Below, in pieces: positions 1 through 9,784 of a DNA stretch of 24,000 nt; positions within the stretch are counted from its first letter, which is position 1, and each line of letters opens with the position of its first letter. The DNA is taken from contig NZ_NGVS01000007.1 in assembly GCF_002777975.1 (NCBI RefSeq), positions 93,900-117,899 of the forward strand, read 5' to 3'. The DNA comes from Shewanella carassii (GTDB lineage Bacteria; Pseudomonadota; Gammaproteobacteria; Enterobacterales; Shewanellaceae). A model generated the notes under the pieces. The model did no database searches, had not been told where the DNA came from, and saw nothing but the letters and a program-made list of their open reading frames with translations. A program made the position numbers and the translations under genes.

Positions 1-2571
1 GCAGTCCAAGCCAACGAAAATGAACAACAACTGGAGCGCATCGAAGTTACCGGCTCGCGCATCAAGCGTACCGACATGGAATCGGCTCTGCCGGTGACGG
101 TAATGAGCTCTGAAGACATAGCTAAAACCGGGCTGACAGATGTTTCTGCGGTACTGGCACAAATGCCATACAACACGGCGGGCAGCTTCATCAGTGACGC
201 AGGTAGCTCTGCCAGTAACCATGCCAGCTCAGGCATGCGAGGCCTGGGTTCAAACCGTACCCTGACCCTGATCAATGGTCGCCGAATTGCACCATCAGCC
301 ACCTTCGGTGCCGATGCAACCAACCTTAACCTGATCCCCATGGACGCCATCGAGCGTATTGAAATTCTTCGTGACGGCGCTTCAGCCATTTATGGTTCCG
401 ATGCCATTGGCGGTGTAATCAACATCATTTTGAAGAAGAACTATGACGGCCTCGGTTTCGATCTAAAATTCGCCAACCCGACTCAGGGTGGCCGCGATGA
501 AATGTCGGCATCGATGACCTTTGGTAACACCAGCGACAAGAGCAGCAGTCTGGTTATCATAGAGCACAAGAAGTTTGATCCTCTCAAGGGTGGCCAGCGT
601 GAACATCTCACCGCTAACTGGGATGAAGCTTATGGTCGCAGCTCTCTGTATGCACCGGAAGGCACCTGGCGCCCAGTAGCTGCTCGCCCAGGCAAAAAAG
701 ACGATGGAACCTTTGAAACACCGAGCTACACTGGTGACTATGTTCCAGGTAAAGACTGCCCCGCCGATCAAATCGTTCAGAGTAAAGATGGTCCACGTTG
801 TGGCTACAGCATGTTTGATGGTACCGATTACCTGCCGGATCAGACTAAAGACTCCTTATTCAGCAACCTGACTTACAAGATCACCGATAATCTGGAGTGG
901 TTCGGTCAGGCGATTGTGATGCGTGACAAGTCCACCACTTCCTCTACCGCACTGTGGACCCCCAACCTGTTTATAGCAGCCGACAACCCACTGAACCCAA
1001 CTTATGGCACAGCCGGTGCAACTGAAGTACAGGCTTACCACCGTCTGACAGGCGTGGCCGATCGCAGCACGACGTTCAAGTCCGATGTTGTTGACGTGGT
1101 GACAGGGCTGAACCTGGAGCTGGATGCCGGTTCACTGAACTGGTACGTACAGTACTCAGATCAGCAGGTGGATATAAGCACAGACTCTTATGTGTTTGAA
1201 GACAACCTGCAGCAAGCCGTCGATGCCGGGCTTTATAACCCATTTGTTCTGGGCGGTAATGCCACTCAGGCAACCCTGGACAGCTTCCTGCACACAGCCA
1301 CCCGTCAGGCGGATTCCAAGACCACAGCAACAGCCATTTCCTGGGCAGCCCTGGCACCTATCGCCCTGCCAGGCGGTGACATAGGTTATGCTGTGGGCGC
1401 CGAGTACCAGAAGATGGAATTCAGCGATCGCCGCGACGCGCAGCAAGCTGCCGGAAAAGTACTGGGTACTTACGGTGGCGACTCTGCCGGTGAGCGTAAC
1501 TACAAGGCTGCCTTCGTTGAGTTGGAACTGCCGGTCACCGATGATCTGAACGTTAAACTGGCCAGCCGTTATGACCAATACAGCCTGCCGGATGAAGGTC
1601 AGTTGTCCAGCTCTATCAACCTGCGTTATCAGTTGTTGGATAACCTGGTTCTGCGCGCGTCTTACGGCCAGGGCTTCCGTGCTCCATCACTGGATGATCT
1701 GCTGGGCGAGGCTGCTACCAGTTATGACCGAGTGATCGACACCAAAGGCTGTCAGATGCTGCCGGCTGACCAACGCGAAGGCGCCGATGTGTGTGAGTCA
1801 ACTCAGTATCTGCGCAAGAGCTCAGGTAACCCGGAGCTGAAACCTGAAGAGTCTGATCAGTATGCCTTCGGTGCAGTGTGGAACATCACAGATGATATCT
1901 CTCTGGTTGTGGACTACTACAACATTGAGATCAGCAACCAGGTCAGCTATGTCGGTGCCCAGACTATCCTGGATCTGGAAGCCACTACAGGTCTCGGTGC
2001 CTACGATCCTAAATATGTCTATGTGAAGCGTGATACCGACGGCAAGATTGAAGAGATTGGCGCCGGTTACATCAACATGGACGGGGTGCAAACCTCGGGT
2101 CTGGACGTCTCTTTCAGCTCGCGCTTCGAGCTGGGTAACTACGGCAGTCTGAAGTTTGCCCTGGACGGCACCTATGCACTGGAGTACACAGAGCAAGCCA
2201 GTCCGGTCGACCCACGTTACGACGTGCTGGGTACCAAGGGATATCCTGAGCTGCGTTTCAACTCCACCTTCAGCTATGAGTACGATGCCTTCAGCGCCTC
2301 GCTGATCGCCAAGTACATCGACTCCTATGCCGGTGAAACACCACAGCAGCAAGCTGCCAACATCGACAAGCAGGACTTTGGTTCCTTCACCACTTGGGAT
2401 CTGGCCATGAACTATGACTTTGACCAGTTCGGTAAAGTCACGGTCGGTGCCCGTAACCTGTTCGATGCCATGCCTACGGTTAACTATGAGCTGTCCTACC
2501 CAGGTTATGACGCCGATACCCACAACATTATCGGCCGCGTAGTCTACGCGGGTTATCAGATCCGTTTCTGA
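1..2571 (+). CDS. TonB-dependent outer-membrane receptor (5' end lies upstream of the window)
   Basis: Frame 1 is open from base 1: AVQANENEQQLERIEVTGSRIKRTD precedes the first Met at 76, so the true start is off-window. It has the plug-domain motifs IEVTGSR and IERIEILRDGASAIYGSDAIGGVINIILKK. A long beta-barrel-type sequence follows, ending in the terminal aromatic ...GYQIRF. An intrinsic terminator follows the gene. Confidence 0.9.
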   Translation, partial: AVQANENEQQLERIEVTGSRIKRTDMESALPVTVMSSEDIAKTGLTDVSAVLAQMPYNTAGSFISDAGSSASNHASSGMRGLGSNRTLTLINGRRIAPSATFGADATNLNLIPMDAIERIEILRDGASAIYGSDAIGGVINIILKKNYDGLGFDLKFANPTQGGRDEMSASMTFGNTSDKSSSLVIIEHKKFDPLKGGQREHLTANWDEAYGRSSLYAPEGTWRPVAARPGKKDDGTFETPSYTGDYVPGKDCPADQIVQSKDGPRCGYSMFDGTDYLPDQTKDSLFSNLTYKITDNLEWFGQAIVMRDKSTTSSTALWTPNLFIAADNPLNPTYGTAGATEVQAYHRLTGVADRSTTFKSDVVDVVTGLNLELDAGSLNWYVQYSDQQVDISTDSYVFEDNLQQAVDAGLYNPFVLGGNATQATLDSFLHTATRQADSKTTATAISWAALAPIALPGGDIGYAVGAEYQKMEFSDRRDAQQAAGKVLGTYGGDSAGERNYKAAFVELELPVTDDLNVKLASRYDQYSLPDEGQLSSSINLRYQLLDNLVLRASYGQGFRAPSLDDLLGEAATSYDRVIDTKGCQMLPADQREGADVCESTQYLRKSSGNPELKPEESDQYAFGAVWNITDDISLVVDYYNIEISNQVSYVGAQTILDLEATTGLGAYDPKYVYVKRDTDGKIEEIGAGYINMDGVQTSGLDVSFSSRFELGNYGSLKFALDGTYALEYTEQASPVDPRYDVLGTKGYPELRFNSTFSYEYDAFSASLIAKYIDSYAGETPQQQAANIDKQDFGSFTTWDLAMNYDFDQFGKVTVGARNLFDAMPTVNYELSYPGYDADTHNIIGRVVYAGYQIRF

Positions 2572-2588
2572 TAAGCGCTTTAATAGCC

Positions 2589-2618
2589 AAAAGCGCAGTC
2601 AATGACTGCGCTTTTTTT
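2589..2618. terminator. Rho-independent terminator between the convergent TBDR and panF genes
   Basis: The stem is GCGCAGTC (2593-2600) / GACTGCGC (2604-2611) with loop AAT. It is flanked by AAAA upstream and T7 (2612-2618) downstream. It is strong on the + strand and weaker (4 U) on the - strand. Confidence 0.75.
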
Positions 2619-2653
2619 GTTTCATCCGCTACTCAACAATCAAGCATAGCTCT

Positions 2654-4102
2654 TTACTCTGCCTTATCCGGCGCTACCGCCAAAACCGCTCGCGCAGACA
2701 ACCATGCCTGGCAGCCCAACATGGCCAAGAGTGAAACCAGCAAGGCCGGGACCACAGGGTGAATATGAAATGGTAAAGGCAAGGCCTGCCATTGCAGCAT
2801 TCCATAACTCAGCAATCCGGAAATCATCGCGGCAAATACGGCGTTGCCAGTCAATGAAGGCCAGAATACCGCCGCCAATATCGGCCAGAGAAACACCGCC
2901 TGCAGCGCGCCGAAAGCCGCCAGATTGAGCCAGACTATCATGGCCGGAGGCTCCAGCGCCCAGTAGCAGGCGAGCGCAGCAATCATCAACATGGCGATGC
3001 GACTCAAACGCAGCTGGCTTTGCGCCGAGGTTTGTGGCCTGACTTTAACCCAGGCATCCCGTACCAGACTGACCGCCGCCTGCAGCAACATAGAGTCCAC
3101 CGACGACATCACGGCGGCAATGGGCGCCGCCAGCAGCACCCCGGCCAACAGTGGCGAAAACAGTCCGGAGATCAAAGTTGGCATGATCTCATCCGGTACC
3201 TGCAAATCGGGATAAAGCGCCCGCCCCATCAATCCGATGAGATGCGGTAACAGTGTCATCAAGACACTGATAAGGGTGCCCCAAACAATACCTTTCTTGA
3301 GCGCCTGGGTATTTTTAACCGCCAGCAAACGCACCACAGTATGTGGCAGCCCAAGCGTGCCAAAACAGATAAGCACCCAAAACGACAGCATCATGGGCCA
3401 GCCCAGTTGCCCTTCATTGCCATGGGGCTGCAACAAGGCCGGGTCTTCACTGGCCACCTTGGACATCAACTCTGTCATCCCCCCATGGCCAAGCAGGGTG
3501 AAAAATAGCAGCAAGAGCCCCAGCAGCATTACTATTCCCTGAAAGGCGTCTGTGATGGTCACCGCCCGAAAACCTCCGCTCAGGGTGTAAGCCAACACAG
3601 TCACCACAAACAGAGCCAGCCCCAGGCTGTAGTCGATACCGCTGACCCCGGCAAACAACCTGGCGCCACCGATAAACTGCACCGTAATCATGGCGACAAA
3701 TCCAAGCACCAAGGAGCCCAGCGCCAACATGCTGACCCCTTTATGTTCAAAGCGGGCATCCAACCACTCAATCAAGGTGGCGTAAGGCGCCTTGGCCGCG
3801 AGGATCTTCGGCCCCAACACTCCCAGGGTCAGCATGGCGACCGGCACCTGGATCAAGGCTAGCCACACCCAGCCCAAACCTATCTTGTAAGCGGCGCCCG
3901 GGCCACCAATAAATGAGCTGGCACTGGTATAGGTGGCCACTAGCGTCAAGGCCAACATGGGGCCATTGAGAAAACGGCCACCGATAAAAAAGCGCGCCGC
4001 CTTATCCTGATAGAGGCTGGCCTTGTCTTGTCTGGCGGCAATAAAGCGGGTCAACACTAGGCTGAGCAACAGATAAACTAATACGGGGATAAGGGTGGTC
4101 AC
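2654..4102 (-). CDS. panF: Sodium/pantothenate symporter (SSF family)
   Basis: A 482-aa polytopic membrane protein that is near-colinear with E. coli PanF as I recall it (TYTSASSFIGGPGAAYKIGLGW, ITVQFIGGARL, GLPHTVVR, FLWP). The GTG start at 4102 overlaps the yhdT stop (GTGA), the same yhdT-panF arrangement as in E. coli. Confidence 0.88.
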   Translation of the reverse strand: MTTLIPVLVYLLLSLVLTRFIAARQDKASLYQDKAARFFIGGRFLNGPMLALTLVATYTSASSFIGGPGAAYKIGLGWVWLALIQVPVAMLTLGVLGPKILAAKAPYATLIEWLDARFEHKGVSMLALGSLVLGFVAMITVQFIGGARLFAGVSGIDYSLGLALFVVTVLAYTLSGGFRAVTITDAFQGIVMLLGLLLLFFTLLGHGGMTELMSKVASEDPALLQPHGNEGQLGWPMMLSFWVLICFGTLGLPHTVVRLLAVKNTQALKKGIVWGTLISVLMTLLPHLIGLMGRALYPDLQVPDEIMPTLISGLFSPLLAGVLLAAPIAAVMSSVDSMLLQAAVSLVRDAWVKVRPQTSAQSQLRLSRIAMLMIAALACYWALEPPAMIVWLNLAAFGALQAVFLWPILAAVFWPSLTGNAVFAAMISGLLSYGMLQWQALPLPFHIHPVVPALLVSLLAMLGCQAWLSARAVLAVAPDKAE

Positions 4103-4311
4103 TCTTTATGCCCTCCCCGGCCAAACAGGTAGAAGAGTCCCATGATGAAAAACAGCGGGGTCAGAATACAGGACAGCCAAAACCATAAAGGCAGGCCGTA
4201 ATAATCAGCGTGTGCTCCCCAGATCCCCATATCGGTCAAGAGGGGCCCCAGAGCCCAAAACAGGGCATAAATGAGGGTAAGTATGATGGCCAGACGTGCC
4301 ATGGATGGCAT
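4099..4311 (-). CDS. yhdT: Small two-TM membrane protein, YhdT family (DUF997), coupled to panF
   Basis: 70 aa. GLPLWFWLSCILTPLFFI resembles E. coli YhdT GLPRWFEMACILTPLLFI (recalled). The SD AAGGAGG lies 5 nt before the ATG, and there is a 4-nt overlap with the panF start. Confidence 0.75.
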   Translation of the reverse strand: MPSMARLAIILTLIYALFWALGPLLTDMGIWGAHADYYGLPLWFWLSCILTPLFFIMGLFYLFGRGGHKE

Positions 4312-4365
4312 AACGGCCTCCTTGGATAGCCCCTTGAATTGGAGCGTGACAACAAAAAGAAAGCG

Positions 4366-4379
4366 TTGATTCTAATCAA
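4366..4379 (-). promoter_or_regulatory. FNR/EtrA-type (CRP-family) binding palindrome upstream of yhdT-panF
   Basis: TTGAT-TCTA-ATCAA is a perfect match to TTGATnnnnATCAA. Its centre is 61 bp upstream of the yhdT ATG. On the minus strand, TCCAAT lies at the position expected for a -10 element of a -41.5 promoter. Confidence 0.5.
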
Positions 4380-5045
4380 CTCTTTGTCTCGGTGCCAAGC
4401 TGCAAATTGAGTTATTCCCAGGTTACCGGATAGTGTTCGTTTAACCTTTTGGCTTCATGCATCGTAAATGATGACCGACTTCACAAGCTAAAGACTGTTC
4501 ATAAATAGCTCACACCGCCAGCAACGACATGATGAATCGCACATAAGCAGATATAATGCGACCCACATCACTTAGCAATTGAATAAAATATCCCCTCACT
4601 CAACCCTAGTCCCTGACGCCAATGGCTTACAATTGTTAACCTGCTCGCAAAATTTAGCTTTCGCTGTTCAGTTAGCAGCGATAACAGATGCCGAGAAGAC
4701 AGCTCTGTGTTAATATTTTCATGGTAAATTGGTAAGACCAATTTTGATGTTGTACGGTAAAAAGCGGGCAAGTTCGGCTGTTCTTCCGATAATTGAGGGT
4801 ATAAGACAGAGCCCAATAAACAACTTACCCAAGAGGCCGCGAGCAACAGCACAGACTGGTTTTTTATAACGTGTTAAAAGCTATGCTGTGGTTAAAAGAA
4901 GAGTATTTTTCCAGCATAACGGCTGGTACAACTAAATAGACTGAGAATGTCAGCATATTGTTTTATAAGAAAGCGAGAGGAATAACGATAGACAAGCCGA
5001 GAAATGTAGTTTAATTACGCAATTAGATGAGAAACAACCGCTAAA

Positions 5046-5094
5046 TTGATCTAAATCACGTAATTTAATTACATCGCATTTATAGTTAACGAAT
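5046..5094 (+). promoter_or_regulatory. Putative class II FNR-dependent promoter of focA-pflB
   Basis: TTGAT-CTAA-ATCAC (5046-5059) matches 9 of 10 half-site positions. TATAGT (5081-5086) lies about 29 nt downstream of the box centre, giving a predicted TSS near 5093-5094 and a ~90-nt leader. E. coli focA-pfl is known to be FNR/ArcA controlled. Confidence 0.55.
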
Positions 5095-5182
5095 GCAGTG
5101 GTCATTGAATAGCCCTGCAGAAACTATCAATGTAATTCATACCTAAACCGGTGGCCTGCCACCAAATGAGCGAGAGAAGGCA

Positions 5183-6067
5183 ATGATGAATAACACTCCT
5201 AGCCCATTTGATGCATCAACCCCTGCCCAAACTGCGCAGAAGGTCGAGGATGCGGCCGTCGTCAAAATTGGTCGCGACACTCAATCGACTCTGCTGTTGG
5301 CCATGACTGCGGGGGTATTTATCGGCCTCGCCTTCATCTTCTATGTCGTCGCCACTGCCGGTGGCAGTGCCCTTCCCTACGGTCTCAACAAACTCATCGG
5401 TGGTCTGTGCTTCAGCCTCGGCTTAATGTTGGTGGTAGTACTGGGCGGCGAACTCTTCACTTCCACTGTTTTAACCATTACCGCCAGAGCCAGTAAACGG
5501 GTTACCACCAAGGCCTTACTGCGTAACTGGGGGTTGGTCTATTTAGGTAACTTTATCGGTGCCATGATCTTGGTTGGCCTGATGATTGCCGCCAAACACT
5601 ATGATGCAGGCCACGGTTTGATAGGCCTTGGCTATATGAAAACCGCCCAGGCCAAACTGCACCATGACTTTATCCAGGCTATCGCCCTCGGGATCATGTG
5701 TAACATCATGGTATGCCTCGCAGTATGGATGGCCTATGCCGGTCGCTCAGTCACAGACAAATTGCTGGCCGTGGTATTACCGGTTGCCATGTTTGTCGCC
5801 GCGGGTTTTGAACACTGTATCGCCAACATGTTTCTTATTCCTATGGCTATTATTAGTAAAAACCTGGCAAGCACTGAATTTTGGACAAACGCCGGAGTAA
5901 GCCCCGAGCAGTTTGCCGATCTCACATGGAGCCAATTCGTGTTCCATAATCTGGTTCCCGTCACTCTGGGTAATATCGTGGGGGGAGCTTTATTTGTAGG
6001 GTTGACTTACTGGTTTGTATATCGCCGTCCCTTGCTGGCCAAGCAAGGCAGCGAAACCAGCAAGTAA
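5183..6067 (+). CDS. focA: Formate channel/transporter (formate-nitrite transporter family)
   Basis: 294 aa with 6 TM segments and FNT-family signatures ([17 protein letters not shown]). It sits directly upstream of pflB as in enterobacteria. ATGATG at 5183/5186; the SD GAAGG (5176-5180) fits the second ATG slightly better. Confidence 0.92.
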   Translation: MMNNTPSPFDASTPAQTAQKVEDAAVVKIGRDTQSTLLLAMTAGVFIGLAFIFYVVATAGGSALPYGLNKLIGGLCFSLGLMLVVVLGGELFTSTVLTITARASKRVTTKALLRNWGLVYLGNFIGAMILVGLMIAAKHYDAGHGLIGLGYMKTAQAKLHHDFIQAIALGIMCNIMVCLAVWMAYAGRSVTDKLLAVVLPVAMFVAAGFEHCIANMFLIPMAIISKNLASTEFWTNAGVSPEQFADLTWSQFVFHNLVPVTLGNIVGGALFVGLTYWFVYRRPLLAKQGSETSK

Positions 6068-6096
6068 CTTTATCTCAACTAGAAGGTATGAGTACT

Positions 6097-8379
6097 ATGA
6101 CCGAGAAAACTGAGCTGTTTGCAAACGCGTGGGAAGGCTTTGTTCCCGGCGATTGGAAGACCGAAGTCAATGTACGTGACTTTATCCAGAAGAACTACAC
6201 CCCCTATGAAGGTGATGAGTCTTTCCTGGCTGGCCCCACCACTGCGACCACAGCCCTGTGGGACAAAGTCATGGAAGGCATCAAGCAGGAAAACCGCACC
6301 CATGCTCCGGTCGACTTTGATACAGACAAAGTCTCTACCATAGATTCCCATGATGCCGGCTACATCAATCAGGAACTGGAAACCATTGTTGGTTTGCAGA
6401 CAGATGCGCCACTCAAACGCGCCATGCTACCCAACGGTGGTATCCGCATGGTTGAAGGCTCCTGCGCCGCCTATAATCGCGAACTGGATCCTGAAATCAA
6501 ATATGTCTACTCCGAACTGCGTAAGACCCACAACCAGGGCGTGTTCGATGTGTACACTCCTGAAATCCTCGCTTGCCGCAAGTCAGGTGTACTGACAGGT
6601 TTGCCCGATGCCTACGGTCGTGGCCGTATCATTGGTGACTACCGTCGCGTAGCCCTCTACGGTATCGACTACCTGATGAAAGACAAGGTTGCCCAGTTCA
6701 CTTCACTGCAAGCTCAAATGGAAGCCGGTGAAGATCTGAGCAACGTTATCCAGTTGCGTGAAGAGATTGCCGAGCAGCACAGAGCGCTGGGCAAGATGAA
6801 GAAGATGGCAGCCAAATACGGTTATGACATCTCCGGCCCAGCCAAAAACGCCAAAGAAGCCATCCAGTGGACCTACTTCGGCTATCTGGCTGCGGTGAAG
6901 AGCCAAAACGGCGCCGCCATGTCTCTGGGCCGTACTTCAACCTTCATCGACGTTTATATCGAACGCGATCTGAAAAACGGCGTGCTCACCGAAGAGCAGG
7001 CTCAGGAAATGATCGACCATTTCGTGATGAAACTGCGTATGGTGCGCTTCCTGCGTACTCCTGAATACGATGAGCTGTTCTCCGGCGACCCAATCTGGGC
7101 TACCGAATCTATCGGTGGTATGGGGCTGGACGGTCGTCCACTGGTGAGCAAGACCAGCTTCCGCTTCCTGCACACCCTGTACAACATGGGCCCAAGCCCA
7201 GAGCCAAACATCACTGTGCTTTGGTCCGAGCAGCTGCCTCAGCCATTCAAGAAATACTGCGCCAAAGTGTCTATCGACACCAGCTCCATCCAGTATGAAA
7301 ACGATGACCTGATGCGCCCTGACTTCGAGTCTGATGACTACGCCATCGCCTGCTGCGTGAGCCCCATGGTTGTAGGCAAGCACATGCAGTTCTTCGGTGC
7401 CCGTGCCAACTTGGCCAAGACCATGCTGTACGCCATCAACGGCGGTGTGGATGAAAAACTGAAAATTCAGGTCGCTCCCAAGGCAGACCCTATCACAGAC
7501 GAAGTGCTCAACTATGATGACGTCATGAGCCGCCTCGACGGTCTGATGGACTGGTTGGCAACTCAGTATGTCACTGCGCTGAACACCATCCACTACATGC
7601 ACGACAAGTACTCTTACGAAGCCGCGCTGATGGCGCTGCACGACAGAGACGTACGTCGTACCATGGCCTGTGGTATCGCCGGTCTGTCTATTGCTGCCGA
7701 CTCCCTGTCTGCCATCAAGTACGCCAAGGTGAAACCGGTTCGCGATGAAAACGGTATTGCCGTAGACTTCGAAATCGAGGGTGATTATCCCAAGTTCGGT
7801 AACAACGACGCCCGTGTTGATGACATCGCCTGTATGCTGGTCGAAGGCTTTATGGCCAAAATTCGTGACAAGAAGATGTACCGCAACGCCATCCCAACCC
7901 AGTCAATCCTGACCATTACTTCCAACGTGGTGTATGGTAAGAAGACAGGTAACACTCCGGATGGTCGCCGCGCCGGTGCACCATTTGCCCCGGGTGCCAA
8001 CCCAATGCACGGCCGTGACGAAAAAGGCGCTATCGCCTCACTGACCTCAGTGGCCAAGCTGCCCTTCGCTCACGCTCAGGACGGTATCTCTTACACCTTC
8101 TCCATTGTGCCTAACGCACTGGGTAAAGATGAAGATGCCCGCCGCACCAACCTGGCCGCGCTGATGGACGGATACTTCTCCCACAAGCCGGGCCATGAAG
8201 GTGGTCAGCACCTGAACGTCAACGTGATGAACCGTGAAATGCTGGAAGATGCTGTCGTCAACCCTGACAAGTATCCACAGCTGACCATACGTGTATCAGG
8301 CTACGCAGTGCGCTTCAACTCACTGACCCCTGAGCAGCAGCAAGACGTGATTACCCGTACTTTCACCAAAGCACTGTAA
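6097..8379 (+). CDS. pflB: Pyruvate formate-lyase (formate C-acetyltransferase), glycyl-radical enzyme
   Basis: Colinear with E. coli PflB as recalled. It carries the active-site Cys-Cys (IACCVSP) and the glycyl-radical motif RVSGYAVRF. The ORF opens at 6088, but that ATG is only 1 nt from the SD (AGAAGG, 6081-6086). The ATG at 6097 gives exactly 760 aa and N-terminus [15 protein letters not shown], matching the E. coli N-terminal length. Confidence 0.95.
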   Translation: MTEKTELFANAWEGFVPGDWKTEVNVRDFIQKNYTPYEGDESFLAGPTTATTALWDKVMEGIKQENRTHAPVDFDTDKVSTIDSHDAGYINQELETIVGLQTDAPLKRAMLPNGGIRMVEGSCAAYNRELDPEIKYVYSELRKTHNQGVFDVYTPEILACRKSGVLTGLPDAYGRGRIIGDYRRVALYGIDYLMKDKVAQFTSLQAQMEAGEDLSNVIQLREEIAEQHRALGKMKKMAAKYGYDISGPAKNAKEAIQWTYFGYLAAVKSQNGAAMSLGRTSTFIDVYIERDLKNGVLTEEQAQEMIDHFVMKLRMVRFLRTPEYDELFSGDPIWATESIGGMGLDGRPLVSKTSFRFLHTLYNMGPSPEPNITVLWSEQLPQPFKKYCAKVSIDTSSIQYENDDLMRPDFESDDYAIACCVSPMVVGKHMQFFGARANLAKTMLYAINGGVDEKLKIQVAPKADPITDEVLNYDDVMSRLDGLMDWLATQYVTALNTIHYMHDKYSYEAALMALHDRDVRRTMACGIAGLSIAADSLSAIKYAKVKPVRDENGIAVDFEIEGDYPKFGNNDARVDDIACMLVEGFMAKIRDKKMYRNAIPTQSILTITSNVVYGKKTGNTPDGRRAGAPFAPGANPMHGRDEKGAIASLTSVAKLPFAHAQDGISYTFSIVPNALGKDEDARRTNLAALMDGYFSHKPGHEGGQHLNVNVMNREMLEDAVVNPDKYPQLTIRVSGYAVRFNSLTPEQQQDVITRTFTKAL

Positions 8380-8395
8380 TTTACGTTTGAAACCA

Positions 8396-8420
8396 GGCTG
8401 CAGCGGCCGCCGCTGCAGCC
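8396..8420 (+). terminator. GC-rich stem-loop between pflB and pflA (possible partial terminator or 3'-end stabiliser; no U-tract)
   Basis: GGCTGCAGCGG (8396-8406) / CCGCTGCAGCC (8410-8420) form an 11-bp perfect stem with a 3-nt loop. ATTCC follows, then the pflA SD AAGGAGAG (8426-8433). Confidence 0.4.
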
Positions 8421-8436
8421 ATTCCAAGGAGAGCAC

Positions 8437-9177
8437 ATGACAGTAAAAGGACGGATCCACTCGGTGGAATCCTTTGGCACAGTAGATGGCCCCGGCATTC
8501 GCTTTATCGCCTTTATGCAAGGTTGCCTGATGCGTTGTAAATACTGTCACAATCGCGACACCTGGGATCTGGATGGCGGCAAAGAAGTAACGGTCGCGGA
8601 GCTGATGGAACAGATAGTCAGCTACCGACCTTTTTTGGAAGCCAGCGGTGGTGGTGTGACCGCCAGCGGTGGTGAAGCCGTGTTACAGGCAGAATTCGTT
8701 GCCGAGCTATTCAAGGCCTGTAAGGCCGAAGGCATACACACCTGTCTGGATACCAATGGCTTTGTTCGTAAATACACCGACGTGATCGACCAGTTGCTGG
8801 ACAACACAGATCTGGTACTGCTGGACATCAAACAGATGGATGATGCCAAGCACATAGATCTCACCAAGGTCAGCAATCAGCGAACATTGCAGTTTGCCGA
8901 GTATCTGGCCAAACGAGGCCAAAAAACTTGGATCCGTTATGTGGTCGTCGGCGGTTATACAGATGACGAAGCTTCGGCCGAAAAGCTGGCAGAGTTCATC
9001 AAACCAATGACTAACGTGGAAAAAGTGGAGTTACTGCCCTACCACGAACTGGGTAAACACAAGTGGGAAGCCATGGGCGAGCGCTACGAACTCGACGGCG
9101 TGTCGCCGCCGAATCGCGAAACCATGGAGCGAATAAAGACTATATTTATTCAAAGAGGGATCAATGCCGGTTACTGA
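8437..9177 (+). CDS. pflA: Pyruvate formate-lyase activating enzyme (radical SAM)
   Basis: 246 aa. It starts [23 protein letters not shown] and has the radical-SAM CxxxCxxC motif (CLMRCKYC). It lies immediately downstream of pflB. Confidence 0.95.
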   Translation: MTVKGRIHSVESFGTVDGPGIRFIAFMQGCLMRCKYCHNRDTWDLDGGKEVTVAELMEQIVSYRPFLEASGGGVTASGGEAVLQAEFVAELFKACKAEGIHTCLDTNGFVRKYTDVIDQLLDNTDLVLLDIKQMDDAKHIDLTKVSNQRTLQFAEYLAKRGQKTWIRYVVVGGYTDDEASAEKLAEFIKPMTNVEKVELLPYHELGKHKWEAMGERYELDGVSPPNRETMERIKTIFIQRGINAGY

Positions 9178-9180
9178 ACG

Positions 9181-9624
9181 TTAGAGTTCTTCCCAAAAAC
9201 CGGCATCGAGACGCTCAAAGGCCAATTTGAGGATCTGTGCCATATCCATATAACTGGCCTTGGCGCCTAGTGGACGGCTACTGACTCCAAGTCCGGAAAG
9301 TTTGGCATTGAGCTGATTGCCCCAATCGAGCAAGGACAGCGGCAAGGGATGGCGAGCACGCCAACCGAGCCACAGATAGCCCTGCAATGGCAGGCTGAGA
9401 AAGAATAGAAAAATGGCTATGGCCTGGGGCAAAAAGTCCCAACCATAGACATAGATTTGCGCAGCAGCAGAGACCATGGCCAATGCCGGCATCAGTTGCA
9501 GCGCTAACCGAGTAGCGCGAATAACGCGAAACTCAGGAAAAAAGTAACCCAGTTGTCTGACCATGGGCCAGGTCTTCATATAACGACGACCTTCCCTCAC
9601 GGTTTTGAGAAAGTTAAGGCTCAA
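9181..9624 (-). CDS. yfbV: UPF0208 inner-membrane protein YfbV
   Basis: 147 aa. It resembles E. coli YfbV as recalled (KTWP..., LSLP.QG.WWLG, ...F..L C-terminus). It sits divergently upstream of ackA-pta, exactly as in E. coli. Confidence 0.85.
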   Translation of the reverse strand: MSLNFLKTVREGRRYMKTWPMVRQLGYFFPEFRVIRATRLALQLMPALAMVSAAAQIYVYGWDFLPQAIAIFLFFLSLPLQGYLWLGWRARHPLPLSLLDWGNQLNAKLSGLGVSSRPLGAKASYMDMAQILKLAFERLDAGFWEEL

Positions 9625-9784
9625 TCAAGGCACCTGAACAACAAGCATAATATTGCTTTTACCTTAGCACAGTTCCCTATTCGGCCCCAACAACGGCTTG
9701 ACGGCAGGAACGCAGTGAAACAGGTTACAGGCGAGTCCAGTTCACCCGTAACTTATTAATTAAAAACGGCGAAAGGTTTTTAAC

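Noticed and set aside
4568-4852. A 94-aa minus-strand ORF in the yhdT-focA intergenic region
   Set aside because: It has a GTG start with no SD (the upstream sequence is AAAAAACCAGTCT). It lies in AT-rich promoter DNA and its sequence has no recognisable features. I kept the region as a finding but do not call it a CDS.
9553-9759. A 68-aa + strand ORF across the yfbV start and the ackA upstream region
   Set aside because: It overlaps the yfbV 5' end in antisense and covers the ackA promoter region. It has no SD and no recognisable motif.
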